From: an uncultured Acidimicrobiia bacterium
GTDB taxonomy: Bacteria; Actinomycetota; Acidimicrobiia; Spongiisociales; JAOTWH01
Assembly: GCA_964195995.1 (NCBI GenBank)
Contig: CAXMQS010000030.1
Span: forward strand, 33,861 to 97,860
Reading direction: 5' to 3'
Length of the DNA: 64,000 nucleotides
The translations under genes and the position numbers were made by a program. This document shows, piece after piece, positions 1 to 11,631 of this stretch. The notes under the pieces were generated by a model that worked only from the letters and a program-made list of their open reading frames with translations, was not told where the DNA came from and ran no database searches. Numbering within the stretch: the first letter of the stretch is position 1; each line of letters starts with the position of its first letter.

Positions 1-2237
1 GCGATGGCCGTGAGGTTGACGATGTCGCTCACCGAGGCGTCGCGTTGCAGCACGTGAACCGACTTCGAGAGTCCGGTGAGGATGGGCCCAACCACCTCGG
101 CTCCGCCGATGCGATCGAGCAGCTTGTACGAGGCGCTGGCCGCCGTCAGGTTCGGAAAGACGAGCACATTGGCTTCGCCGCCCAAGCGATTGAAGGGGTA
201 GCGGCGGTCCAGGAGCTCGGGCAACACCGCGGTGTCTGCTTGCATCTCCCCGTCCAGTGGAAGGTCGGGCGCCGCCTGTCGACAGATCTCGATGGCTCGT
301 CTGACCCGCGCCGGCTCTTCACCGCCAGCGCTGCCGAAGTTGCTGTAGCTGAGGAGTGCAACCCTCGGCTCTATGTCGAAATCGGCGCGGGCAGATTCCG
401 CCGCCGACAGCGCGATCTCGGCAAGCTGCTCCGATGTCGGCAGGAGGTTCACCGCGCAGTCTGCGAAGACGAAGGCCCGCCCGCGCACCACGACGACATA
501 TAGGGCGCTCACGATCGTCCTTCCCTCTTCGAGCGGGAGTATCTGAAGGGCGGGCCGCAGAGTCGCCGGGTAATTGCTCACAAGCCCACCGATCACAGCG
601 TCGGTATCGCCCGAATGAGCCATCATGGCGGCGAAGTAGTCGGGATCGCTGAGCGACCGGCGGGCGTCCTCAAGCGTCAGCCCCTTCCGCCGACGTAGCT
701 CGAACAGCTCATGGGCATATCGATCAGCCTGCTGTGGAGACTGCCACGGATCCAGGACGAGGATGTCGTCGAGCTCGATTTCGATCTCCGCGGCGATCGC
801 CTCGATTTCGTGGAGCGGACCGAGAATGACGGGGCTGGCGATGCCCTCGTCGCGCACCCGGCGCGCCGCCCGCACCGTCCGGGCGTCGGCGCCGTGGGGG
901 TACACGATCCGCTTGGGGTGCTCGCGGGCTCTCAGGGCAATGCCGTGGAGGAGGCCATAGGTGGCGCGGAACTTGCCGCGCAATTCCTCGCGATAGGCGT
1001 CCAAGTCATCGAGGGGAAGCGAGGCCACGCCCTCGGCCATCGCAGCTTCGGCTACCGCCGGCGCCACCGTGGTCAGCACTCGACTATCGAAAGGCTTGGG
1101 GATGAGATAGTCCGGTCCGAACGACAGGTGTTCGAGTCCGTATGCCTTGAGCACGGACTCGGGCACAGCCTCGTGGGCGAGAGCGGCAAGGGCACGAGCC
1201 GCCGTTGCCTTCATCCCATCCGTTATCGACGTCGCCCTGACGTCGAGGGCACCTCGGAAGATGAATGGGAAGCCGAGGACGTTGTTCACCTGGTTGGGGT
1301 AATCGCTGCGGCCGGTTGCCACGATGGCATCTGGACGTGCTTGCCTGGCGTCGTCGTATGTGATCTCGGGGTCAGGATTGGCGAGAGCGAAGACGATGGG
1401 CTTGTCGGCCATGCTCCGCACCATCTCAGGGCTAACGAGGCCGGCCTGGCTGACGCCGATGAACACGTCGGCGCCGACCATGGCGTCGGCCAGCGTGTGA
1501 CTGTCTCTTTCCGTGGCGAACTCTGCCTTGTGGGCAGGGAGGTCATCCCTGTCACTACGGATGACCCCTCTGGAGTCAACCAGCACGATATTGGCGCGGT
1601 GGGCACCGAGCTGCACGAGGAATCGGGCGGAGGCGATGCCCGCAGCCCCCGCTCCGCTGAACACCACGTACACGTCCTCGATGGCGCGATCGGTCAGCTC
1701 CAGGGCGTTCAGGAGAGCGGCGCCGGCGATGATCGCCGTGCCGTGCTGGTCGTCGTGGAACACCGGTATCGGCAGCTCCTCGCGAAGCGTGCTTTCGATG
1801 ATGAAGCACTCGGGGGCCTTGATGTCCTCGAGGTTGATACCGGCGACCGTTGGATACAGGAGGCGACAGAACTGTATGACGTCTTCGGGGTCGGCGGCAT
1901 CGATCTCGAGGTCGAAGACATCGATGTCGGCGAAGCGCTTGAAGAGGACTGCTTTGCCCTCCATAACCGGTTTCGAGGCGAGCGGTCCGATGTTGCCGAG
2001 CCCGAGAACGGCGGTTCCATTGCTGACCACGGCGACGAGGTTCCCGCGGTTGGTGTATGAGAAGACATCCTCGGGATAGTCGCGGATCCGCAGGCACGGC
2101 TCGGCCACTCCAGGGGTGTAGGCGAGAGCCAGGTCGTGCTGGGTTGCCGTCGGCTTGGTGGCCCGGACTTCGGTCTTCCCCGGCCGACCTTGCTGGTGAT
2201 AGTCGAGGGCCTCGCTGAACTGGGGAGCGTCGCTCAT
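1..2237 (-). CDS. maeB: NADP-dependent malic enzyme with C-terminal phosphotransacetylase-like domain (3' end runs off the window)
   Basis: Not in the ORF track (no stop in window). Minus-strand ATG at 2237 reads MSDAPQFSEALDYHQQGRPGK...LAYTPGVAEPC; also GINLEDIKAPECF, VFHDDQHGTAI and, at the edge, DIVNLTAI. Confidence 0.93.
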   Translation of the reverse strand, partial: MSDAPQFSEALDYHQQGRPGKTEVRATKPTATQHDLALAYTPGVAEPCLRIRDYPEDVFSYTNRGNLVAVVSNGTAVLGLGNIGPLASKPVMEGKAVLFKRFADIDVFDLEIDAADPEDVIQFCRLLYPTVAGINLEDIKAPECFIIESTLREELPIPVFHDDQHGTAIIAGAALLNALELTDRAIEDVYVVFSGAGAAGIASARFLVQLGAHRANIVLVDSRGVIRSDRDDLPAHKAEFATERDSHTLADAMVGADVFIGVSQAGLVSPEMVRSMADKPIVFALANPDPEITYDDARQARPDAIVATGRSDYPNQVNNVLGFPFIFRGALDVRATSITDGMKATAARALAALAHEAVPESVLKAYGLEHLSFGPDYLIPKPFDSRVLTTVAPAVAEAAMAEGVASLPLDDLDAYREELRGKFRATYGLLHGIALRAREHPKRIVYPHGADARTVRAARRVRDEGIASPVILGPLHEIEAIAAEIEIELDDILVLDPWQSPQQADRYAHELFELRRRKGLTLEDARRSLSDPDYFAAMMAHSGDTDAVIGGLVSNYPATLRPALQILPLEEGRTIVSALYVVVVRGRAFVFADCAVNLLPTSEQLAEIALSAAESARADFDIEPRVALLSYSNFGSAGGEEPARVRRAIEICRQAAPDLPLDGEMQADTAVLPELLDRRYPFNRLGGEANVLVFPNLTAASASYKLLDRIGGAEVVGPILTGLSKSVHVLQRDASVSDIVNLTAI

Positions 2238-2402
2238 GGTTTACCGTTCTGTCGTTATTGGCCCCCACGCTACGGCATCGGTGGTCGACTTATCCGGGGC
2301 CGAAAGACCCGAGTCCGCTGGAGGCGGCTCACTAGCCGGCGAGGCAACCCGACACTTGCCATCGGTTCTTCTTAGAATCGCCCGGCCCGCTGTGGAGGAC
2401 CG

Positions 2403-3008
2403 TTGTCAACTGAGCTCGATCAGCTTTCCGTCGTGGCGTCATCGTGCACCAACTGTGGTTTGTCCGAGTCGCGCACGCAGGTCGTGTTCGGTGACGGCGA
2501 TCCCGGTGCCGATCTCATGTTCATCGGCGAAGGCCCCGGGTTCAACGAAGACCAGCAGGGCCTCCCGTTCGTTGGCAAGTCAGGGGAGCTGCTCGACGAA
2601 CTTCTCGCCGAGATCGGCTTGCATCGCAAGGAGGTCTACATCGCCAATGTCGTGAAGTGCCGGCCGCCCGGCAACCGCGATCCACGAACGGATGAGATCG
2701 ATGCCTGCAAGGGCTATCTGCGCCGCCAGCTCGAGCTCATCCAGCCTCGAGTCGTGGTAACGCTCGGCAACTTCTCCAGCAAACTCCTTCTCAAGACCAC
2801 GACCGGTATCACCCGTTTGCGCGGTCAGGCGTATCCGTGGTGGGGGCGCCACCTCGTGCCGACCTTCCATCCTGCGGCTGGCCTACGGGGCGGTCCCCGT
2901 GTGGTCGATCAGCTCAGGGAGGACTTCGCCATCGTCAAGGAGCTGCTCGGCGCGGCTCAGCCATCGCCGGCACCCGAGGCCGAGGAGCAGTTGGGGCTCT
3001 TCTCGTGA
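2403..3008 (+). CDS. Uracil-DNA glycosylase, family 4 (Fe-S)
   Basis: CTNCGL, IGEGPG, VKCRPPGNRDP, TFHPAA motifs. Confidence 0.92.
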   Translation: MSTELDQLSVVASSCTNCGLSESRTQVVFGDGDPGADLMFIGEGPGFNEDQQGLPFVGKSGELLDELLAEIGLHRKEVYIANVVKCRPPGNRDPRTDEIDACKGYLRRQLELIQPRVVVTLGNFSSKLLLKTTTGITRLRGQAYPWWGRHLVPTFHPAAGLRGGPRVVDQLREDFAIVKELLGAAQPSPAPEAEEQLGLFS

Positions 3009-3451
3009 AGATCGAATGTGCCGGAGTTGCGGACACGATGGCAGTTGGCAGGCGGTTGGCATCGTTGCTGCGCCCCGGCGATGTCGTGCTGCTGGCTGGC
3101 CGCCTCGGGGCGGGCAAGACGGTGTTCGTCAGTGGAATCGCCGAAGGCCTTGGGATCGATGCCAGGATAACTAGCCCGTCTTTTGTCCTTGTCCGAAGCT
3201 ATGTGGGCTTTCTCGGGCTGACCCATGCCGACGCCTATCGGCTTGGCAGCAGCGGTGAACTCGAGGACTTAGGCCTCGAAGAGACCGTTGGCGACGGCGT
3301 GCTGGTCATCGAGTGGGGCAATGCGTTGGACTCGACGTTCGGCGAGGATGCCCTCGTCGTTTCCATCGAGGTTGGTTCCGGCGACGCCCGTACTATCACC
3401 CTCGAGGCCAGGGGCTCGTGGCGAGCTCGTGCGCTGGAGGAGCTTGCTTGA
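3005..3451 (+). CDS. tsaE: tRNA t6A biosynthesis ATPase TsaE
   Basis: GRLGAGKT P-loop, ITSPSF, HADAYRL, IEWG; GTG at 3005 overlaps the udg stop. Confidence 0.93.
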   Translation: MKIECAGVADTMAVGRRLASLLRPGDVVLLAGRLGAGKTVFVSGIAEGLGIDARITSPSFVLVRSYVGFLGLTHADAYRLGSSGELEDLGLEETVGDGVLVIEWGNALDSTFGEDALVVSIEVGSGDARTITLEARGSWRARALEELA

Positions 3452-4155
3452 AGATACTTGCGATCGAGAGTGCGACGCCCGCGTCGTCAGTGGCCGTCGG
3501 CGATGGCGGCCAGCTGCTGGCTATGGCGCTCAACGTCAATAGGCGTGGTCATGTGGGGTTCTTGACGGACGCCGTTGATTTCTGCATGCGCAAGGCAGAG
3601 CTCAAGCCAGGTGACCTCGATTCCATCATCGTCGATGTTGGGCCGGGGACGTTCACCGGCATCAGGGCTGGGATAGCTACGGCCCAGGGCGTCGGTGCCG
3701 CCGTCGGCGTTCCGGTGATGGCAGCGTCGGCACTGGACGCGTTGGCGTTCCGTGCCGCAACCGGACACCGCCGCATCTGGCCGCTGATCGATGCACGACG
3801 GGGCGAGTTCGCGACCGCCTCCTATCGGCCTGTTCCCGGCGGTGTTGTCAAGGAAACGCTGCCTGAGCTGCTTTCGCCAGAAGCGCTGAGGGCCACGCTC
3901 GACTCGGATCCGGAGAACTCGCTCGTCGTGGGTAACTGGCACGCACTTCCGTCCGAGGTCTTGAGAGGGCTGCACCGTGTCAAGACGGGGCGACCGCGCT
4001 ATCCGTCTGCGGATGTGCTCCTCGAGCTCGCCGCACAGCGGGCAGCGCGCTCGGGAGTGGCGCCATCGGCCGAGGTGCGTCCTCTGTACCTGCGCCAGCC
4101 GGACACCGACATCAACTGGAAGACCTTCAGGACTGAGGGCGTATGGCCAGAGTGA
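3448..4155 (+). CDS. tsaB: tRNA t6A biosynthesis protein TsaB
   Basis: ILAIESAT, GPGTFTGIRAG, IDARRGE, PLYLR; TTG start overlaps the tsaE stop. Confidence 0.92.
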   Translation: MKILAIESATPASSVAVGDGGQLLAMALNVNRRGHVGFLTDAVDFCMRKAELKPGDLDSIIVDVGPGTFTGIRAGIATAQGVGAAVGVPVMAASALDALAFRAATGHRRIWPLIDARRGEFATASYRPVPGGVVKETLPELLSPEALRATLDSDPENSLVVGNWHALPSEVLRGLHRVKTGRPRYPSADVLLELAAQRAARSGVAPSAEVRPLYLRQPDTDINWKTFRTEGVWPE

Positions 4156-4640
4156 TGACCCACATCCGCGACATGACTCTCGATGACATCGATGCCGTGC
4201 TCACGATCGAGCAGGCCACCTTCAGTGCCCCTTGGTCGCGCCAGATGCTCACGGACGAGCTCGGAGCATCTCGTCGCAACTACGTCGTGCTGGAAGGCCC
4301 GGCCGGGCTCGAGGGCTATGGAGGGGTGATGGTGACCGAAGACGAGGGGCACGTCATGACGATCGCTGTCACCCATGACCTGCAGGGGCGCGGCTATGGG
4401 ACCGGTCTGATGGTCACGCTGCTCCAGGCGGCGATCGGGATGGGCGCAACTCGAATGCTGCTGGAGGTACGACCCTCGAATAGAGCCGCCAGGCGGATGT
4501 ATCAGAAGTTCGGTTTCGTGCCGGTTGGGATCCGTCCTCAGTACTACCGCGACGAGGACGCGATCGTGATGTGGGTCGACGATGCAGAAACCGAATCGTT
4601 CGCCGCGAGGCTCGAGGAACTGGACAAGACATGGCGTTGA
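4152..4640 (+). CDS. rimI: Ribosomal protein S18 alanine N-acetyltransferase
   Basis: PWS, QGRGYG, LEVRPSN, YY..EDAIVM; located in the tsa operon. Confidence 0.9.
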   Translation: MMTHIRDMTLDDIDAVLTIEQATFSAPWSRQMLTDELGASRRNYVVLEGPAGLEGYGGVMVTEDEGHVMTIAVTHDLQGRGYGTGLMVTLLQAAIGMGATRMLLEVRPSNRAARRMYQKFGFVPVGIRPQYYRDEDAIVMWVDDAETESFAARLEELDKTWR

Positions 4641-5629
4641 TCCTTGGCATCGAGACCAGCTGCGACGAGACCGCTGTTGGCGTAGTCGATGGCTTCGACG
4701 TCAAGTCGTCGGTGATGGCCTCGCAGACGGATGAGCATGCCCGCTTCGGTGGAGTTGTTCCAGAGGTTGCAGCGCGGGCACATGTTGAGGCGATCAGGTC
4801 CCTCACGCACCGCGCCATTGCCGAGGCCGGCATCCATTCCATGGATCTGGACGCGGTGGCAGCCACCCAGGGACCCGGCCTGGCAGGAGCTCTTGTTGTC
4901 GGCTTCGCCTTCGCCAAGTCCATGGCGTGGGCTCTCGGCAAGCCATTCATCGGCATAGACCACATGGAGGGCCATCTGATGGCGCCGCGCCTGGAGCACG
5001 AGGACTACGAACCCCCGGTGGTCGTGCTGCTGGCGTCGGGTGGCCACAGCCAGATCGTTCATGTGAAGGCGTGGGGCGAGTACGAGACTCTGGGCGCCAC
5101 GATCGACGACGCCGCCGGCGAGGCGTTCGACAAACTGGCGCGTTTCATGGGCCTTGGCTACCCGGGGGGACCGGCCATCGATGCCGACGCTGAAGGAGGA
5201 GACGCCACTGCAGTCGCCTTCCCTCGGGCGCTCGGCGATCGACCTTTCGACTTCTCGTTCTCAGGCCTGAAGACGGCGGTCGTTACCTATCTCGAGAAAG
5301 CGGCGGCCGCGGGAACGCTGCCGCCACGAAGAGATGTATCTGCGTCCATCCAAGAGGCGATAGTCGATGCGCTTGTGTCCAAGACCTTCAATGCCGTAGA
5401 TGAGACGGGGGCCAAGGCGGTCGCGGGCGGAGGAGGGGTGGTTTCCAACCGGCGACTGCGGGAGCGCCTGGAACAGGAGGCGGCTGCGCGTGGGATCAGT
5501 CTCTTCTTACCGTCCCCCGGGTACTGCACGGACAACGGCGCCATGGTGGCCGCGGCCGCGGCGCGCCGTTTGGAGCGCGGCGAGGTCACCAGCTGGGCAT
5601 CCGAGGTCGACTCGTCAATGACCCTGTGA
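4631..5629 (+). CDS. tsaD: tRNA N6-threonylcarbamoyltransferase TsaD
   Basis: LGIETSCDET, HMEGH, SGGHS, DDAAGEAFDK, CTDNGAM. Confidence 0.96.
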   Translation: MALILGIETSCDETAVGVVDGFDVKSSVMASQTDEHARFGGVVPEVAARAHVEAIRSLTHRAIAEAGIHSMDLDAVAATQGPGLAGALVVGFAFAKSMAWALGKPFIGIDHMEGHLMAPRLEHEDYEPPVVVLLASGGHSQIVHVKAWGEYETLGATIDDAAGEAFDKLARFMGLGYPGGPAIDADAEGGDATAVAFPRALGDRPFDFSFSGLKTAVVTYLEKAAAAGTLPPRRDVSASIQEAIVDALVSKTFNAVDETGAKAVAGGGGVVSNRRLRERLEQEAAARGISLFLPSPGYCTDNGAMVAAAAARRLERGEVTSWASEVDSSMTL

Positions 5630-6723
5630 AGGGCTTCAAGGTCGGGCGCGTCCTCGGCATAGACCTCGTCATCGACCCGTCGTGGCTTGTCATCGCCGGG
5701 CTCATAACCACCTCGCTGTTCGTCGAGTTCAGCACTCAGGACCCGAATCGCTCGGGTCGCGTCGTCGGTCTGGCCGCCGTCGTGGGATCGCTGCTCTTCT
5801 TCGGCAGCGTCCTCGTCCACGAGCTGAGCCATTCAGTGGTCGCCAGGCGACGCGGGATCTCGGTTAGAAGGATCCGCCTCTTCATCTTCGGCGGAGTGTC
5901 CGAGATCGAACAGGAGGCGGCAACGCCTCAAGACGAATTCGTGATCTCGGTCGTCGGACCCGTGTCCTCACTCCTGCTGGCGGCAGGGTTCTGGGGCCTC
6001 GACAGAGCGTTGCCATCGATTGACGATCCCTTTGGTCAGTTGCTCGGCCTGCTGGCCTTCGTGAATCTGGCGCTTGGCCTCTTCAATCTGGTGCCCGGGT
6101 TCCCCCTTGACGGGGGCAGGGTGTTGCGCTCGGCGGTATGGAAGGCGACCGGCGACTTTCGACGAGCCACCACGGTCGCCGCCACCTCGGGCCGGATCGT
6201 TGGCGCCCTCCTCGCCACTGGCGGCGCCTATCTCCTGTTCATACGGGGCGAGCCGGTTGGATTGTGGTATTTGGCGATCGGGTGGTTCCTGTATCAGGCG
6301 GCTCGGGTTGGAGGTGTCTTTGGCGTTGCCCGCCAGGATCTCGCCGAGGTTCGGGTCGCCGATCTGATGGTTGCGGTGCGACAGGCCGCTCCGACGACGA
6401 TTTCGGTCCAGGCGTTGCTGGAGGACTATCTGATAGGGGCCGCTGCCCATCTTCCGGCCATGCCCGTCGTACACAGGGGAAGGGTGCGAGGGCTCATCCG
6501 ACCCGCTGACGCCGCTGCAGTCGCTTCTCCTGCCACGACGACGGTCGATCAGATCATGACGCCGATCGGGCCGGACGACGTCGTGCCCGCCGGCGCAGCC
6601 ATAGGGGAGCTGCTGCCGCGGTTTGTCGACGCCAACGCCGTCAAGTTGGTGACATCGGAGGGTCGGGCGGTGGGCGTGCTGGCGGCTCGCGATGTCCTGG
6701 AACTTGTTGCTAGACAGGCCTGA
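5626..6723 (+). CDS. Site-2 (M50) membrane zinc protease with C-terminal CBS-like pair
   Basis: HELSH and NLVPGFPLDGG motifs, several TM segments. Confidence 0.88.
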   Translation: MKGFKVGRVLGIDLVIDPSWLVIAGLITTSLFVEFSTQDPNRSGRVVGLAAVVGSLLFFGSVLVHELSHSVVARRRGISVRRIRLFIFGGVSEIEQEAATPQDEFVISVVGPVSSLLLAAGFWGLDRALPSIDDPFGQLLGLLAFVNLALGLFNLVPGFPLDGGRVLRSAVWKATGDFRRATTVAATSGRIVGALLATGGAYLLFIRGEPVGLWYLAIGWFLYQAARVGGVFGVARQDLAEVRVADLMVAVRQAAPTTISVQALLEDYLIGAAAHLPAMPVVHRGRVRGLIRPADAAAVASPATTTVDQIMTPIGPDDVVPAGAAIGELLPRFVDANAVKLVTSEGRAVGVLAARDVLELVARQA

Positions 6724-6739
6724 GACACCGAAAAGCGAC

Positions 6740-6766
6740 TTAGCAGTCGCGCCCTCAGACTGCTAG
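6740..6766 (+). promoter_or_regulatory. CIRCE element 1 (HrcA operator, variant)
   Basis: TTAGCAGTC-N9-GACTGCTAG versus consensus TTAGCACTC-N9-GAGTGCTAA. Confidence 0.8.
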
Positions 6767-6768
6767 TA

Positions 6769-6795
6769 TTGGCACTCGCACACCAAGAGTGCTAA
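6769..6795 (+). promoter_or_regulatory. CIRCE element 2 (HrcA operator)
   Basis: TTGGCACTC-N9-GAGTGCTAA just upstream of the groES RBS (AAGGAGG). Confidence 0.92.
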
Positions 6796-6809
6796 CCCAA
6801 GGAGGGTTC

Positions 6810-7097
6810 ATGAAGTTGCAACCTTTGGGCGACCGTGTGGTCGTCAAAGCAAAGGATGACGGGGACCAGACCACACCTAGTGGGCTGGTTATCCCTGATA
6901 CCGCCAAGGAAAGGCCACAGATGGGCGAAGTGCTCGCTGTGGGTCCTGGCGATTTCCAAGACGGTGAACGCGTCCCCATGGACGTCGACACCGGGGACAT
7001 CGTCGTTTATTCGAAGTTCGGCGGCACGGAAGTCAAGTACGACGGTGAGGAATACCTCATCCTCTCGTCGCGCGACATCCTTGCCGTCGTCAAGTAG
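6810..7097 (+). CDS. groES: Co-chaperonin GroES
   Basis: [32 protein letters not shown]; ATG at 6810 follows an RBS. Confidence 0.97.
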   Translation: MKLQPLGDRVVVKAKDDGDQTTPSGLVIPDTAKERPQMGEVLAVGPGDFQDGERVPMDVDTGDIVVYSKFGGTEVKYDGEEYLILSSRDILAVVK

Positions 7098-8750
<1,653 letters not shown>

Positions 8751-8771
8751 GAGAAGCTCTAAGCCATAAGC

Positions 8772-8801
8772 AAGAAGCGGTCCCTCCGGGGGCCGCTTCT
8801 T
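8772..8801 (+). terminator. Probable intrinsic terminator after groEL
   Basis: AAGAAGCGG(T)CCC-loop-GGG(G)CCGCTTCTT stem-loop. Confidence 0.7.
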
Positions 8802-8822
8802 CACGTTGGGCGGCTTTGAGCA

Positions 8823-8949
8823 TCCGGCGAAGCCGGGGAGGGGGATCATCTCTCGCAGCAAGAGGCTGGCGATGTTCCCCCTCAGCCTCCGAGCGCGAAG
8901 CGCTCTCCTCCTAGCGGGGGAAGAGAGCGGCGGAGGCGAAGCCTCCGCC
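8823..8949. repeat. REP-like GC-rich hairpin cluster
   Basis: CCGGCGAAGCCGGGGAGGGGG (also at 56154 and 56275) plus GGCGGAGGC-GAA-GCCTCCGCC; lies between convergent genes. Confidence 0.65.
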
Positions 8950-9548
8950 TACACCCAGCCGTTGTCGCGATAGGTGGGGAGCATCGCTCGGTACTCGTCT
9001 TCGAGGATGCTCCACAGCGTGTGGTCTGTCCACACCCCGCCGATGCGAAGCTCGTCGCGCAGGACTCCCTCCTGGGTAGCGCCGATCTTGGCTGCTACTC
9101 GCTCCGAGCCGATGTTGCCGAGGGCGATGCGGAGGGTGATCTTGTGGAATCTGAGTTCTTCGAATCCCGCCTCCAGCACCCGGATGGCAGCCTGGGTGCA
9201 GATTCCCCTGCCGGCTTCGTCGCTCCGCACCCAATACCCGATCTCGCCAACGGAGCCGCCGCGGGTGGCGGGCCACACAGAGATGTTGCCGAGATGGCGC
9301 CTGAGGTCGTCGGGACGCCGAATCGAGAGGTCGAAGGCGCGTCCTTCCTTCCATGCCATCACCGACTCGCGGATGTATCCGATGGCGTCGGCCTTGTCGT
9401 AATTGCGGTGCGCCCACGGCAACCACTTGACAAGGTCAGGAAGAGAGGCCTGGATGGCCTCGGAGAGGGCGTCAGCATCACGGCGCTTGAAAGGGCGCAG
9501 CACCAACCGCGACGTAGTCCGAGACGCGGGGGAGAGGGCGAGGGACAT
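8949..9548 (-). CDS. GNAT acetyltransferase, RimJ/RimL family
   Basis: LVLRPF, GEIGYWV, GRGICT, NIGSERVA; likely ATG at 9548, the longer ORF is an upstream extension. Confidence 0.88.
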   Translation of the reverse strand: MSLALSPASRTTSRLVLRPFKRRDADALSEAIQASLPDLVKWLPWAHRNYDKADAIGYIRESVMAWKEGRAFDLSIRRPDDLRRHLGNISVWPATRGGSVGEIGYWVRSDEAGRGICTQAAIRVLEAGFEELRFHKITLRIALGNIGSERVAAKIGATQEGVLRDELRIGGVWTDHTLWSILEDEYRAMLPTYRDNGWV

Positions 9549-9581
9549 CGGGGGCAAGCCTACCGCCGTAGGCTCTTGGCA

Positions 9582-10118
9582 GTGAGCGACGTCTGGGACC
9601 GCTTGGCCTCCCTTCCTCCGGTGCCTTCTCCCGAGGGGATGCTGGCGGCTGTGCTGGCACCTCTCTACCAGGACGAGTCTGGCGACGTTCGAATGATCCT
9701 CACAGTGCGGCCCGAACACATGAACACCCACGCCGGCGACGTCGTGTTCCCGGGAGGCAGAATCGAGGAGGGCGACGCCGACCCCGTAGCAACGGCTGTC
9801 CGCGAGGCCGAGGAGGAGGTCGGGATAGCGCCATCGTCGGTGACGGTGCTGGGTGGACTCAAACCGGTCGCCCCGGGCCGCCCTGAGATGATCATCGTGC
9901 CGGTCGTCGCCCGTGTTACCCGTCCCGTCGAGTTCGTGATGCAGGAGGATGAGGTCGCCGCCGTTCTCGAGCCCACCATCGGAGAACTGCTTGACGAGTC
10001 GCGGTGGGAGCTTCGTGACTTCCACTCGCATCCGCTGTGGTTCTTCGAGTTCCCCGAGGCAACCCTGTGGGGAGCGACCGCCTTCATGGTGAGAGAGCTT
10101 CTGAGCTACCTTCGGTAG
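9582..10118 (+). CDS. Nudix CoA pyrophosphatase (NudL-like)
   Basis: HAGDVVFPGG, Nudix box REAEEEVG, LWGATA; GTG at 9582. Confidence 0.88.
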   Translation: MSDVWDRLASLPPVPSPEGMLAAVLAPLYQDESGDVRMILTVRPEHMNTHAGDVVFPGGRIEEGDADPVATAVREAEEEVGIAPSSVTVLGGLKPVAPGRPEMIIVPVVARVTRPVEFVMQEDEVAAVLEPTIGELLDESRWELRDFHSHPLWFFEFPEATLWGATAFMVRELLSYLR

Positions 10119-10208
10119 GCGGCTTGTGCCGCCGCCATAGGCACTGAGCTCTAAGCCGTACCAAAAGCGGTCCACAAGGGGCTTGCGGCCTGCGGATCGA
10201 TTCGGCTT

Positions 10209-11609
10209 CTATGAAGCCGAATCGATGAGCTCCCAGAGATGGTCCACGTGCCTCTGCTCGGTGTGCGTCTGACCGACATTGACCCGCACTACGTAGCGGT
10301 CGTTGAGCTTGGTGTGGCTCAGGAAGGCCTCTCCGGAGGCGTTGACCGCGTTGAGGATCGCCTTGCTGGCGTCGTCACCATCGGTATGGGTGAAGCACAC
10401 CAGGTTGAGGTCGGCGGGAGCAGCCAGTTCTAGTTTCGGGTGCTCGCGAACACGCTCGGCAAGCTCCTGGCCGAGGCGGACATGCTCCCGGATGTGATGC
10501 TGCAGCCCCTCCACCCCATAGTGGCGGATGACGAACCACATCTTGAGAGCTCGGAACCGGCGCCCTAGGGTGATCTGCCAGTCGCGGTAGTCGATTACTT
10601 CGCCGGAGTCCGTGGCCTGGTTCCGCAGGTACTCGGGCGACACGCTCATCGTGCGAATCAAGGCCTGGCGATCAGCGACATAGAAGGCGCTGAACTCAAC
10701 GTTGGTGAAGAGCCACTTGTGGGGGTTGAACAGATAGCTGTCTGCCAGCTCGACGCCGTCCTGGAGGTATCGGAACTCGGGACAGATGGCTGCACTACCC
10801 GCCCAGGCCGCGTCAACGTGCAGCCAAGCCCCGAACCGTTTGGCCAGCTCGCCGATGGGACGCAGCGGATCCATTGCCAGCGACGATGTCGTGCCAACGG
10901 TGGCGACAACCAACGCTGGGGTCAGCCCCGCCGCGACATCGGATTCCAGAGCCGTAGCGAGCGCTTCGGGGCGCATGGCGAAGTTGTCATCGGTATCGAT
11001 GAGTCGCAGGTTGTCGGATCCGATCCCGGCCAGCCGGACCGCCTTCTCGACCGAGCTGTGGGCCTGGGCCGAGGTGTATGCCGTCAGCTTGCCCGTGACG
11101 CCAGTGTCGTTGGCGACGTAGTCGGTCGCTCTCTCGCGGGCTGCCAGGGCGGCGACGAGGGTGCTGGTGGAAGCTGTGTCGTTGACAACACCACCACCGC
11201 TTGATGTCGAGCGAAACTGCTTCGGCAGGTTGACCATCTCGGCCAGCCAGTCGAGAACGTGCGTCTCGAGCTCGGTGGCGGCGGGACTGGTCGCCCACAT
11301 CATCCCCTGGGTCCCCAGCCCGGCAGCGGCCAGTTCGCCGAGAATGCTGGGACCAGAGTTGTTGCCGTTGAAGAAGGCGTAGAACCCGGGCGACTGCCAA
11401 TGAGTGATGCCGGGCATGACGACCTCATCGAGATCTGTCAGGATGCTGTCCCATGACTCGCCGGAAGTCGGCGGGCTGTCGGGGAGCTTCGACCGGATTT
11501 CGCCCGGTTCGACTGTGCTCATCACGGGGTAGGTCTCCACCCGTTCCATGTAGGTGGCGATCCACTCCACCATCTCGGCGCCGCGTTGGCGGAACTCGTC
11601 TGGGGTCAT
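10209..11609 (-). CDS. PLP-dependent aromatic-L-amino-acid decarboxylase (group II, DDC-like)
   Basis: MTPDEFR, PGITHWQSP, SPAATELE, HVDAAWAG, NPHKW (PLP lysine), LGRRFRALK. Confidence 0.9.
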   Translation of the reverse strand: MTPDEFRQRGAEMVEWIATYMERVETYPVMSTVEPGEIRSKLPDSPPTSGESWDSILTDLDEVVMPGITHWQSPGFYAFFNGNNSGPSILGELAAAGLGTQGMMWATSPAATELETHVLDWLAEMVNLPKQFRSTSSGGGVVNDTASTSTLVAALAARERATDYVANDTGVTGKLTAYTSAQAHSSVEKAVRLAGIGSDNLRLIDTDDNFAMRPEALATALESDVAAGLTPALVVATVGTTSSLAMDPLRPIGELAKRFGAWLHVDAAWAGSAAICPEFRYLQDGVELADSYLFNPHKWLFTNVEFSAFYVADRQALIRTMSVSPEYLRNQATDSGEVIDYRDWQITLGRRFRALKMWFVIRHYGVEGLQHHIREHVRLGQELAERVREHPKLELAAPADLNLVCFTHTDGDDASKAILNAVNASGEAFLSHTKLNDRYVVRVNVGQTHTEQRHVDHLWELIDSAS

Positions 11610-11631
11610 GTGGAAGGGCACGGCTCGAACG

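Noticed and set aside
711-2060. 449-aa plus-strand ORF
   Set aside because: Antisense shadow of maeB; stop-poor reverse frames are expected in high-GC genes
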